A stretch of DNA of 63,946 nt, filler included, from Octopus bimaculoides (taxonomy: Eukaryota), in NCBI RefSeq assembly GCF_001194135.2. It is 4 parts of 3 records of this genome, joined end to end, with 100 filler letters (N's around TTAATTAATTAA, not from the genome) between each part and the next. Parts side by side here need not be neighbours in the genome. Positions count along the whole stretch, not along the records: positions 1 to 29,272 come from NC_068988.1; positions 29,373 to 58,280 come from NC_068985.1; 2 more parts are not named here. One strand, 5' to 3'. The translations under genes and the position numbers were made by a program. Shown here piece after piece: positions 27,457-39,144 of the stretch. The notes below the pieces were generated by a model. The model saw only the letters and a program-made list of their open reading frames with translations. It searched no databases and was not told where the DNA came from. Numbering within the stretch: the stretch's first letter is position 1; every line of letters starts with the position of its first letter.

Positions 27457-27584
27457 TGACAGAGCATATGATCTTTGAAACATCTAGTGACACTAACGTG
27501 AAGGTCAGCTGCACCGTTCAAAGGCTGACCAAAACATTCTCATCAGATGTGACTCAATGAGAATGGATAAAAAAAAAATATTGG

Positions 27585-27785
27585 TTTAACATTTCGGCAC
27601 ATATCCAGCAATACTCTTACGTTTGGATATGTTGATTACATCGATCTCAGCATTCAACTAGTACTTATTTTATCGACCCAAAATGGATAGAAGGCAACGT
27701 CGACCGCGGCAGAACTTGAACCGTGAAGACGGACGAGATATTGCTAAACATTTCGACCGGCACTCTAACGATTCTGCCAGCTCAC
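27585..27785 (-). mobile_element. SINE family B, degenerate
   Basis: GTACTTATTTTATCGACCC...GGCAACGTCGACC...CTAACGATTCTGCCAGCTCAC. Confidence 0.8.
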
Positions 27786-28944
27786 TGTTTTATCTAAACG
27801 AAGCATATTGTACAGAGTTTAGAAGCGATCTGGCTGTCAGATATGCGGTTTCGGTTACTAGATGGGAGCGCTTTATTTTAAAATCTTATCTATGCTCCTG
27901 TTTTACATTATTATGTCTTCTTTCTTGACTCATTCCAATGTTTGTGATTATCAGCAATTTTTTTTAGATATATCTAAAAATGTATTTTCCTATATTTTTT
28001 ATGTATTGCTAAGTTTCACGAATTACTGCTATTTCAGAATACAGAGTGTGTTTTTTTTCTTTTTATTTTGACACAGTAAAAACTTCCAAATAATTCTTAG
28101 GGTGTCAACGCTGTAGAAATACTTTCGTTTTGTTTAGTATAAATAAATTATCACTCAGCTAAACATAAACAAACCGTTAAACATAAATGACTTAAGACAG
28201 TTTGTTGTTCGTTTTATACACAATTAAATTTGTATATTGTTTTTGCTTATTTTTACTTCACATACATTTCAAAATTGAATATTATGAAGCTCTTTATGAC
28301 GTGTGAATATTTTGAAAATGTACCTATAAATTTTTATTTTGTGAAGTAAAGTAGAATACATTTATTTTTCAATATAATGTTCTTACGATTCCAAGTTCAT
28401 ATTCAGGCCGTAAAAGGAACAATTACAACAGTAATGTGTTTAATAATGAAGAGCTTTGAAATCATTATTTCTGCTGCGTAAGAGATGTCTGATGAAAACA
28501 TTACTGCTTGTGGAGGAGAGGAGCATACCAGGGAGAGAGTAGAATTGATAGTACAAATATCAAATGATGTCCTACAGATGATCATAAAATATGATGATGC
28601 TCCTGCTAAATGAAGTAATATATATATTACAATAATACTGTGTAAAATATAAAAGTGGTCTTTTATCTTCATGACTCCTCATTTGGACACTTTCAATAAA
28701 TCCTAAAACTGTACTGTTGATATAATATGAAGTGTCAAATGAGTTGTTCAATCTAGTTTCATTAAACTCTCCCTTGTGCAACCGAGGACAGCAGGCCTAC
28801 AAAGTTAAGGAAAGCCTTCATAAAGCGGTTTGATAAAAAACAATGCATGTCTTGGTGTATGTTACACAAATTTTAGTCAAGAAATGCGACAATACTGAAT
28901 ATCAATAAGTAGCATATTATCTGTGATTTTTGTATAATTATGTC

Positions 28945-29272
28945 TTTTACTCTCTTTTACTTTCTTTTACTTGTTTCAGTCATTTGACTGCGGCCATGCT
29001 GGAGCACCGCCTTTAGTCGAGCAAATCGACCCCAGGACTTATTCTTTAGAAGCCTAGTACTTATTCTATCGGTCTCTATTGCCGAACCGCTAAGTTACGG
29101 GGACATAAACACCCCAGCATCGGTTGTCAAGCGATGCTGGGGGGACAAACACAGACACACAAACACATACACACATACATATATATATATATACATATAT
29201 ACGACGGGCTTCTTTCAGTTTCCGTCTACCAAATCCACTCACAAGGCTTTGATCGGCCCGAGGCTATAGTAG
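28945..29272 (-). mobile_element. SINE family A, young copy cut by the artificial spacer
   Basis: Near-consensus and CpG-rich; ends abruptly at GAGGCTATAGTAG where the Ns begin. Confidence 0.9.
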
Positions 29273-29372
29273 NNNNNNNNNNNNNNNNNNNNNNNNNNNN
29301 NNNNNNNNNNNNNNNNTTAATTAATTAANNNNNNNNNNNNNNNNNNNNNNNNNNNNNNNNNNNNNNNNNNNN
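29273..29372. other. Artificial scaffold spacer 44N-TTAATTAATTAA-44N
   Basis: Exactly 100 bp. TTAATTAATTAA is palindromic and puts TAA in all six frames. Same structure at 58281-58380 and 60226-60325. Confidence 0.95.
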
Positions 29373-29797
29373 TGTCTTTGTAAATATGTTTGTATACATT
29401 TATGTATGTGTGTGTTTGTAAGAGACAGAGTGTGAGTGAGTCAAGGTGTGTGTGTGTATGCATGTGTATGTGTGTGAGACAGAGTGAGAGAGCGGTGTGT
29501 ATGTAGTATTTACTCTCTCTCTCTCTCTCTCATACACACAAACACACAAAATAGAAAGGGAAGCTTTTTGCGGTTGTTACGTCAATACCGGAAGTTGACA
29601 TTGAGGAACCTTTTTAAAGAAGTGAATCTTAAATATAAAGCAATATTATTTATTTTTAATTAAAAAAATCAAATGAAGAGCCTAAGAATTATCCGAGGTC
29701 AAATTATTCATGCATTACAAGTATGGAAGCATTTGGTGAAGTCGATTTCACGTGAAAAGCGATTACACACACATCTCTGTTTTATATATAGTATAGA
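29373..29797 (-). mobile_element. Non-autonomous Helitron-like element, 5' end
   Basis: Minus strand reads A|TCTATACTATATATAAAACAGAGATGTGTGTG (TC start after A, microsatellite near the 5' end). About 270 bp nearly identical to 58381-58656, and the two diverge exactly at the TC. Confidence 0.7.
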
Positions 29798-29802
29798 TGA
29801 GT

Positions 29803-29995
29803 GTAAAGCTGTGAGCTGGCAGAATTGTCAGCAAACCAGGCAAAATGCTCAGTAGCATTTCGTTTATCTTTTGAGTTCCAATTGTACTGAGATTGACTTT
29901 GCCTTTTATCCTTTAAGGGTTGATAAAGAAAGTACCAAATAAACATTGAGGTCGATGCAATTGCTTGCACCCTGTCCCCTCCTTAAAGATTACTG
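29803..29995 (+). mobile_element. SINE family B, CpG-decayed
   Basis: GAGCTGGCAGAATTGTCAGC...GAGTTCCAATT...TTGACTTTGCCTTTTATCC...GTGCCAAAATGTGAAAC. Confidence 0.8.
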
Positions 29996-30084
29996 GGTTT
30001 GTGCCAAAATGTGAAACAGTATATCATATTGATGTATGAATGTGTGTGTGTGTGACTGCATGCTTGAGAATATTGATATTTTCT

Positions 30085-30400
30085 TATTGAAGGCTTTTTG
30101 TCTTGCAAGCTACCTGGTGACCCTATTGGTGCTGGTGCTATGTAAAAGGCAATGGTGATGGTTCCACATCGAAACACTTTTGCAGGTGTCACACAAAAAG
30201 CACTTAGTACACACTGTAAAATAACTGGTGTCAGGAAGGATGCCCAGCTGTAGAAACTGTGCCGAAGCAGGTAACGGAACCTGGTGAGGCTCCTTGGCCT
30301 TGCCAGCTTCTGTCAAGTCATCCAACCCTTGCCAGCAGGAAATACAGGCATTAAATGATAATAATGAGGGTAATGATGAGGATGATGATGGTGATGATGA
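30085..30400 (+). mobile_element. Non-LTR (probably RTE-type) 3' UTR ending in (GAT)n
   Basis: GGAAGGATGCCCAGCTGTAGAAAC...CCAACCCTTGCCAGC...ATTAAATGATAATAATGAG. Related to 39340, 47100 and 49315. RTE assignment is inferred from the tandem-triplet tail. Confidence 0.65.
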
Positions 30401-31294
30401 TACTAATGATGCAAATTTTCAAGGATGCAGTGTCCTGACAGCTAGCAACTGATATCGGTAGTTTATTACATAATTATGGTCCCAGATATATTGTGTCTCA
30501 AAAAGTAAAAACGGAATGATCATTTCTCAAATACTCCTAATCACAGGGCTGTTCAACCAAAGATGATTTGGGGTTAAGCAACTTTCTTTGCCGTTAATCT
30601 GAAACCTTGTGTTCTAAAGCAAAACCATGAGAAACAAAATCCTGCTATATAAGTTTTTCAGTCTATAAAATAAATGGTAAATAAACGGGATATTGCTCTA
30701 CTTGTCTTGGTAAAGTGTTCTGGGAAAGACAGCACAGAATTATGAAATGGTGGAAACAAAATATACGTATTAAATAGGTAAACATGCTCTTTTCTCTGAA
30801 GTTTGAACTAATTCTATAAAATAATATCTTTTGATATGTGGCAGACATCTCTTATTGAAAACATCCGAAGGTTGTTTTAGGCTGAAATAATTATATACAA
30901 GCATCTTGGCTGAAAATAATTATATTTCCTACACAAAATGAAGAGAGAGAAAAGAGATTTATGAGTAAAAAGCTGCTGCGCAAGGAATAGATTAATATTA
31001 AAACTGTTGACCTGCCATTTGTGGAATTAATGGAAATAGCGTAATAGTTGCAATGATTTCATAGAATGAAGGTAAGAACAAAGAATGGAATTTGTTAAGG
31101 TGGTGTAGTTATTGCAATATACAAAGAAAGCAATTTCACTGCAACTTCTCCAGGCATGATACACACCTAAATATAAAGTGCACTTTTGATTTCTTTTTTC
31201 TCATCTTCCTTTGAAGAATGGCTTAGAATGATGGTGACGGTGATGGTGTACACACACACACACACACACCCACACATACCCACTCACACACAGA

Positions 31295-31438
31295 AATGGC
31301 TGTGTGGTAAGAAGTTTGCTTCCTAAAAACATGGCTCTGAGTTCAGGCCTGCTCTGTGACACCTTGCATGTGTGCGTGTGTACACATGTATGCGCATGTA
31401 CGTTTGAGTGTGTGCATGTGTGAATATGTGTATGTGTG

Positions 31439-31476
<38 letters not shown>

Positions 31477-31665
31477 ACTGTGTTTGTGTTTGTCTCCCAC
31501 CATCGACTGACAATCGATGTTGGTTTGTTTACATCCTTGTAGTTTAGCAGGTTTGACAAAAGAGACTGATAGAGTAAGCATCAGATTTATAAAAAAAGTA
31601 CTGTTGTCAATTTATTCCACAAAAGATTCTTCAAGACAGTGCTACAGCATGGCCACCGGCTAACA
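31295..31665 (+). mobile_element. SINE family A, old CpG-decayed copy
   Basis: ATGGCTGTGTGGTAAG head; TTTACATCCTTGTAG...AAAAGAGACTGATAG...CAGCATGGCCAC 3' part. Confidence 0.75.
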
Positions 31666-31845
31666 ACTGACACACATAACAGGTATAACACATACATACA
31701 TATACATACGTATATATACATATATATATATACATACATACATATATATATCATGATCGTTGCCAGGGCTGCTAACTTCATATATATTTCCACTCGTACA
31801 GTACCTTACAACTTTACTTCGTTATATATATATACATATATATAC

Positions 31846-31900
<55 letters not shown>

Positions 31901-32878
31901 NNNNNNNNNNNNNNNNNNNNNNNNNNNNNNNNNNNNNNNNNNNNNNNNNNNNNNNNNNNNNNNNNNNNNNNNNNNNNNNNNNNNNNNNNNNNNNNNNNNN
32001 NNNNNNNNNNNNNNNNNNNNNNNNNNNNNNNNNNNNNNNNNNNNNNNNNNNNNNNNNNNNNNNNNNNNNNNNNNNNNNNNNNNNNNNNNNNNNNNNNNNN
32101 NNNNNNNNNNNNNNNNNNNNNNNNNNNNNNNNNNNNNNNNNNNNNNNNNNNNNNNNNNNNNNNNNNNNNNNNNNNNNNNNNNNNNNNNNNNNNNNNNNNN
32201 NNNNNNNNNNNNNNNNNNNNNNNNNNNNNNNNNNNNNNNNNNNNNNNNNNNNNNNNNNNNNNNNNNNNNNNNNNNNNNNNNNNNNNNNNNNNNNNNNNNN
32301 NNNNNNNNNNNNNNNNNNNNNNNNNNNNNNNNNNNNNNNNNNNNNNNNNNNNNNNNNNNNNNNNNNNNNNNNNNNNNNNNNNNNNNNNNNNNNNNNNNNN
32401 NNNNNNNNNNNNNNNNNNNNNNNNNNNNNNNNNNNNNNNNNNNNNNNNNNNNNNNNNNNNNNNNNNNNNNNNNNNNNNNNNNNNNNNNNNNNNNNNNNNN
32501 NNNNNNNNNNNNNNNNNNNNNNNNNNNNNNNNNNNNNNNNNNNNNNNNNNNNNNNNNNNNNNNNNNNNNNNNNNNNNNNNNNNNNNNNNNNNNNNNNNNN
32601 NNNNNNNNNNNNNNNNNNNNNNNNNNNNNNNNNNNNNNNNNNNNNNNNNNNNNNNNNNNNNNNNNNNNNNNNNNNNNNNNNNNNNNNNNNNNNNNNNNNN
32701 NNNNNNNNNNNNNNNNNNNNNNNNNNNNNNNNNNNNNNNNNNNNNNNNNNNNNNNNNNNNNNNNNNNNNNNNNNNNNNNNNNNNNNNNNNNNNNNNNNNN
32801 NNNNNNNNNNNNNNNNNNNNNNNNNNNNNNNNNNNNNNNNNNNNNNNNNNNNNNNNNNNNNNNNNNNNNNNNNNNNNN

Positions 32879-32929
<51 letters not shown>

Positions 32930-33265
32930 GTGTGTATGGGGACATGCACACATATATATATTAATTTTTGTATATGCGTAGGTACGTATGTGCATATGTG
33001 TAAATGTTGGCGTATGTGTGTGTATATATATATATACACATATATATGTATAGATCTGTGTATATATATATATATGTGTGTGTGTATATATGTATATGTA
33101 ATTATGTATGCATGTATGTATATACATTAATATGTATGTGTTGTCCAACCCACTATCCGGTAGAGTCCAATTCTCTAACGATTTTTTTGAAATGCATCAC
33201 GTCATAACCTTATCCATCTATTGGTTTCATACTCGGTCATGATGTCTTACGTTTAAGATGATTCC

Positions 33266-33364
33266 CATGCATTCCCTGAAGAGAAGGTTACAATTTTAAC
33301 ATCACAGATCCCTATGAATCACATAGGTTGTAATCCTTTGAAACATATGTAGGAATAAAGTATG
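33266..33364 (+). ncRNA. Type I hammerhead ribozyme, minimal stem III (PLE/retrozyme-like)
   Basis: Stem I: CATGC-ATTCC (33266-75) pairs with GGAAT-aaa-GTATG (33352-64). Core: CTGAAGA (33276-82) and GAAA (33340-43). Stem II: GAAGG-TTACAA (33283-93) / TTGTAA-t-CCTTT (33328-39), with inner hairpin CCTATG/CATAGG. Stem III: AC-ATAT-GT (palindrome ACATATGT). Cleavage triplet GTA, cut after A33351. Confidence 0.85.
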
Positions 33365-33836
33365 CAATTATAACATGCGTTTTCTCCATTCCTTAAATTT
33401 TTACACACACATATATATATNNNNNNNNNNNNNNNNNNNNNNNNNNNNNNNNNNNNNNNNNNNNNNNNNNNNNNNNNNNNNNNNNNNNNNNNNNNNNNNN
33501 NNNNNNNNNNNNNNNNNNNNNNNNNNNNNNNNNNNNNNNNNNNNNNNNNNNNNNNNNNNNNNNNNNNNNNNNNNNNNNNNNNNNNNNNNNNNNNNNNNNN
33601 NNNNNNNNNNNNNNNNNNNNNNNNNNNNNNNNNNNNNNNNNNNNNNNNNNNNNNNNNNNNNNNNNNNNNNNNNNNNNNNNNNNNNNNNNNNNNNNNNNNN
33701 NNNNNNNNNNNNNNNNNNNNNNNNNNNNNNNNNNNNNNNNNNNNNNNNNNNNNNNNNNNNNNNNNNNNNNNNNNNNNNNNNNNNNNNNNNNNNNNNNNNN
33801 NNTATATATATATACATATATATATATACATATACG

Positions 33837-34170
33837 TATACAAAGTGCGAAGGGGAAAATGTCGCCATTTGATTTTTCAACTACACAGTATAGTAGGACC
33901 AGTTGAGCACCATCTGTGAGAACCATAATGCATTTCACTCAGCCCAAAATTTGGAAACAACATGCTGTACTGCTTGGCATTCACACCGGAAGCTCCACTA
34001 CTCACAGATGGTGAACACACAGACACAGAACAACCTATGGCTTGTTGTGTCCCCAAAACATTTACCGAGAGGGATAAAAATCACACATCCAGTAAATATC
34101 ATAGTGTTAGGTGTGATCACTAGTGATAGTGACGTTATGCCTCCATTCATCTTCACACACAGCTACACAC
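33837..34170 (+). mobile_element. Tc1/mariner-superfamily (maT/DD37D-like) transposase relic, internally deleted
   Basis: MHFTQPKIWKQHAVLLGIH N-terminus joined to QNNLWLVVSP...ITHPVNIIVLGVITSDSDVMPPFIF (ORF 33903..34187). Resembles the HP..MV.G.....G..MPP.IF block of maT-type transposases. Confidence 0.7.
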
Positions 34171-34199
34171 TGTGTGAGTGTATGTGAGTGTATACATAC

Positions 34200-34600
34200 C
34201 TTTAGTGACCAACACTTCTTTATGCAGCTGTCTTCATCTATATATGCATCTAATGACCAACCCAGCACAGTCTTCTCTCTTGCCTTTTACATCTGATGCT
34301 GTTTATGCCCAATTTTTCTTGCAATACATTAACACATTGTCATACAGACACATCAATGTTGTACATTCACCAAACTATGCTAGCTTCATTTCTCTCTAAT
34401 CTTTGCATGTCCTCTGCATTCATGGGCCACGTTTCACCATGTAACATTGCTATTCATGCACAAGCATCATACAAGTTAACTTTCTCTCTGAGAATGAGGC
34501 CTTTTATTACCAACAGAAGTAATAACTCTGAACTTTCTCTAGCTTTTTCTTATTCTAGCAAATACACTTTCAGAATATACATACAGCACTGCCACCTGGC
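34200..34600 (-). mobile_element. RTE LINE ORF2 C-terminal relic
   Basis: Minus translation: LLVIKGLILREKVNLYDACA*IAMLHGETWPMNAEDMQRLERNEASIVW*...LQEKLGINSIRC...QERRLCWVGH*MHIDEDSCIKKC. Matches the RTE ETW / RRL.W.GH motifs. Confidence 0.85.
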
Positions 34601-34799
34601 TTTTAACCATTTGTTCATATTTTTCTGTTTTTCTCTCTCTCTCTCTCATTGACTCTTTCTCTTCTCACTCCTTGTATGATTCTCCCTTTCTACTGATAAA
34701 AGACTAAAGTTCAAAATGTTAAGATACTTTTCTCTTTAATGTATTAAGTAAATATCTTATGCGTTAAACTTTGTCCTGTGTACGACCATTGTTTAATTG

Positions 34800-34842
<43 letters not shown>

Positions 34843-35487
34843 ATATATATCTATAGGGAATTCATATAGTGCTTATCAAACAGACTGATTTCCTTTTATA
34901 TATTAGCAAAACAATTATGATAATCTTAATCTCATTCAGTTGTTAGTAAAGATGTGTGAAACTCATAATGTTTATGTCTTTATGTCACCTTCCCCACAGA
35001 AGAGTATAATGTTTGCGGATATTTATTTAAAAGCATTGCTGCTGCCATTAAAGGAACTTGAATCTCAAATCTTATATTTATTCTCATCTTGACTCATGAT
35101 ATAAAAATCAATATAAGTCTCTTCATCTGCTTAGAGCTTAGAAAAGGATTTCTGGAAAAATTTTGTTTAAGAAAACATGCCCCTGAATTATTTCAAAAAC
35201 TTCTTTGATTTTTTGAAATATAAAGTTAACTGTGCTTGACCATTACTGGAGATTTCCGTTATTTATTTGTTATTTTAATAAAAATTCAAATTTTGTTATA
35301 GAATGTTGAACAAGTTTATCCATTCTCTGTGTTGCAGTCATTGATAATACCATGTTTCTGAAGTGGTAGAAAGACAGTGTTAGCTTGGTGACTCCGTTAG
35401 CAAATATCTTCTCCTAAGGTTGCTGGTGAACTAATGTTTGTGAGTGAATTTATTAGAGTGCAAGCCTGTGGCGAATACATACATATC

Positions 35488-35563
<76 letters not shown>

Positions 35564-35805
35564 CACACACATACTTACATGTACAGACATACATACATAT
35601 ATAACTACATACATACACATATATGCATATACACATAGATATGCACACATACATGCATACATATAAACATACATTCAAACATATATATATATACATAAAT
35701 GCATACATTTACATATGTATATATTTATCTCTTTTCCTCTTCTCTCTCTCCCTTTCTCTCTTTTTATGTATACATATAAATATATATACATACATACATA
35801 CATAC

Positions 35806-35889
<84 letters not shown>

Positions 35890-35899
<10 letters not shown>

Positions 35900-37789
35900 C
35901 AGAGTTTATGTATGTGTGTATGTGTATGTTTCTTATGCATTCGAAAATTTAGTTGCCAAATTTGATGTATGGGTATCAAACGATTTGGTAATTTTTCAGC
36001 AACCAAATAAACTTTAGTTTCAGTTACTTATTTGCATTACAAAAAATGAACATTATAATCGTTCTATGCCTCAGCTAACGTAAACAACATTTTATACCGC
36101 CACCACCACCAATCAAATCAATTACACATTTATCATGATCTATTTCAGCAATACCTGGTTGATATGCTAAAGTTGAGAGTCAGCATCTCCTTTACATTTG
36201 TAACAATCAAAAAAAAAAAAAAACTCAAGGGCTAAAAATTATGCCAGGATGCTCTGAGGACAGATAGTGATATACAAAACATGGGGTAACTTATAATCCT
36301 CCTATTATCATTCACAGGTGGTCCTCGATATATGCATGAACAAACACAAGATGCTATGACATATATCAGGGAAAATGGAAAACCAGATCTTTTGGTCGCT
36401 TTCACCTTCAATCCTAAATGGGAAGAATAAAATCTAACCTTCTTCCAGTGTTGTGTCTTCTGGTATTGCAACTACCTGCCTCAGTGGGGGACAAAATGCT
36501 CAATCCATGTTCGAGCTCCCTCTAATAAATCTTGCAATGAAAGAATCTCAAATGTGCACCATTTCCCAAAACTCTTCAATGGCAACAGTTCTCCAAAAAA
36601 CTTGCCTCATTGTTTGAGATGAGTGCACTGTCACATCATGGAGCTCCAGATGTACTTGACTGTACCCTCCAAGACATAAAAAAAAGACAATTACAGGCTC
36701 ATGGGACAAGTAACAGTTCTTCTTGCAGGAGATTTTCATTAAACGTTGCCAGTTATCACCGAAGGATCAAAAGCTGATGCGATCAATGCATCCTTCAAAA
36801 GATCGTACCTTTGGAAATGTGAAAAAACTTCATCTTACAAGCAACATGAGAGTACTTCTACAATGTGATCATACAAGCTTCTTAAGATTGGTAATGGGAT
36901 ATTAACATTCAACTCAAGACTTCAGCTACATGAGATTACATGTGGTCAAATGACACTTTCTCTTTGAGATCTTATGGATAATGTGGTTCTTAATTTATCT
37001 GTCAATTACACTGATGTAAACTGGCTATGTGAAAGAGCTATATTAGCTCCAACTAATGAAATGGTTGATAAACTCAATCATGAAATTCTTGAAAAGTTAA
37101 CAGATACATCAGAAATGACTTTTCAATCAATTGACAACAGTCAATCAATGTCAGATTGTTCAATACCCTGATGAATTTCTGAACACACTCAAACCCACTG
37201 GGATGCCACCACATAACTTGACACTAAAACTGGGTGCTCCCATTAGGTTGCTTAAAAATCTTAACCCTTCTCACCACACTTAATTGTTACTTTCATGAAG
37301 CTCCATGCCCTACAGGTAACAATCATAACAGGTAGTCACAAAGGAGAGAATGTTGTTTTTTCAAAACTACCTCTCATACCCACAGATGTTCCATTTGAAT
37401 TAAGATGCTTCAGTTTCCAGTCAAAGTAAGTTTTAGCATTTCATTTAACAAATCTCAGAGTCAATCCCTCAAGGTAGTTGGATTTGATCTCTCTACTACA
37501 TGCTTCTTCCACTTCCAACTCTATGTTGCTTGCTCAGAAGTTGGAAGCAATGACAAATTATTTATTTGGACACCAACAAAACATTACACAATGAATATTG
37601 TTTGCCCTGAGGTGCTTCGACGTTGACAGATTTTCAGCTCAAAATTCTATTATCATTACAATTTGGATATTTTTTAAATAAAATATATGGATATTTTGAA
37701 ATAATTATGAGAAGATATCATTATATTTATTGTTTACAAATCTGAATAAAAACTGCAGTTACCCAGGCAATGCTGGGTCATTCACCTAT
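35890..37789 (+). mobile_element. Internally deleted Helitron (Rep fragment + PIF1 helicase pseudogene) with both terminal regions
   Basis: 5' TATATAAAGCAGAG plus microsatellite. Rep: SFTGGPRYMHEQTQDAMTYIRENGKPDLLVAFTFNPKWEE (~36310-36430). Helicase: SSGIAT, IV*DEC, LLAGDF..LPVI, LTSNMRV, ERAILAPTNEMVDKLN, EFLNTLKPTGMPPHNLTLKLGAPI, QFPVKVSFSISFNKSQSQSL...QLYVACS. 3' hairpin ACCCAG-GCAATG-CTGGGT (37761-78) then CTAT (CTRR-like, 37786-89). Confidence 0.9.
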
Positions 37790-38009
37790 TATATTATATA
37801 AGAAACAGAAAGAGTAAGATATTAATCTAAGTTTAATATTGTTTACAATATTCTCAGCACCATTCTGTTTCAAGCAACATTGCATAAAGATGATTATGCG
37901 AAAGAAATCACAAACGATCTGAATAAAGTTAGGCATGGTTGAAAAGCAGAGAGTGATACCTTTTCAGGAATTTACCAAAGTTTGCCTCTTAAACAGATGT
38001 CTGTTCCAT

Positions 38010-38180
38010 CAGGCCATAACAAAAGAATTTTAAACTGATGAACCATGACAACTCCTCTGTACTGATGACCTTATTCTTATAACTGAATCTCAACCAGAAT
38101 TAAAGAAGAAATTTCAAGTGTGGAATTGAAGCTTGGAATCAAAGGATCTTAGAGTTAGTTCAGCAGAGACCAAAGTCCTA
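38010..38180 (+). mobile_element. RTE LINE reverse transcriptase fragment
   Basis: EP*QLLCTDDLILITESQPELKKKFQVWN*SLESKDLRVSSAETKVL: degenerate LLYADDLVL...GL.VN..KTKV. Confidence 0.85.
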
Positions 38181-38624
38181 GCGCTGTGTTTGTAAACTCA
38201 ACTTGTAAAAATATACACAAATATTTTTACAAAAAAACTTATGTGAAAACATAATTTTATATTTTTACTTTCATCTGTATCAATGTACAATAAAAATATT
38301 TACTTCCCATGTTTAAACATAAAACTTGTTTTATTGAAATACATCTATGTCTGAAAATTTAACACATTTTCAACCCTTTATCATCATCATTATTATTATT
38401 ATTATTGTTGTTATTGTTATTATTGTTTTTCATATGTATGTATATATATATATATATATTTATTTATATGTGTGTATCTAAATATCTATGTATCTATGAA
38501 TGCATACACTCACTCACACACACACATGCATATACATACATATACATATATCAGTATGTGTGTATGTGTGTGTGTATGTGTGAGTGTGTGAGTGTGTATG
38601 TCTGTATGTGTGTGCATATTTGTG

Positions 38625-38780
38625 TTTGTCCATATTGGTTTGTTGACATCCTTGTAACTTCGCAGTTCAGTAAAAGGGTCCAGTCGAATAAGTATTAAAT
38701 TTAAAATAACTACAATAATTAATTCAATCTACTGACCCTTCAAAGCTGTGCTCCAGCATGGCTGCAGTTTGATGACGGAA
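38625..38780 (+). mobile_element. SINE family A, decayed 3' part
   Basis: GACATCCTTGTAACTTCGCAGTTCAG...GTGCTCCAGCATGGCTGCAG. Confidence 0.65.
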
Positions 38781-39144
38781 GGATTTATACGAATGAAATA
38801 GCAAAAAAAAAACAGAAAAGAAGGTTGATTTTTATTTTGAGGGAGATTTTGACTGCCACTTCTTGCAGTTTGTGTGAGTGCATAAATGCTTTCTTAGTGA
38901 CCATCTGCTCTGGCCGTAGTAAGGTCAGGAGGCAGTGACCATAATCTTTGACAAAGAGCCTGAGACTCGTGGGAAGATGGAAGAAAGTATCACCACCAGG
39001 AGACTTGGCTTGAATGTTTTGCAACTGGGTGGATGCTGCCAAAGACACCCAAGGTGCCAAGTGATGGTGTTCATCCAAATCAATGGATCAAGTCTGTTAG
39101 AATCAGTGAGATTTGATCTCAGGGCAAAAAAAGGTCAGAGTAAA

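Noticed and set aside
29317-29328. TTAATTAATTAA as a biological motif (piggyBac TTAA site or repeat spacer)
   Set aside because: It is always centred in exactly 44N+44N, so it is an assembly linker.
34693-34724. CTGATAA...GTTCAAAATGTTA, possible CpG-decayed minimal hammerhead
   Set aside because: Core G8 and G12 are both absent, so it is non-functional and its homology cannot be shown by eye.
35339-35440. Strong acceptor (TCTCTGTGTTGCAG) and GTGAGT donor pair
   Set aside because: All three frames contain stops; it could only be non-coding and has no other support.
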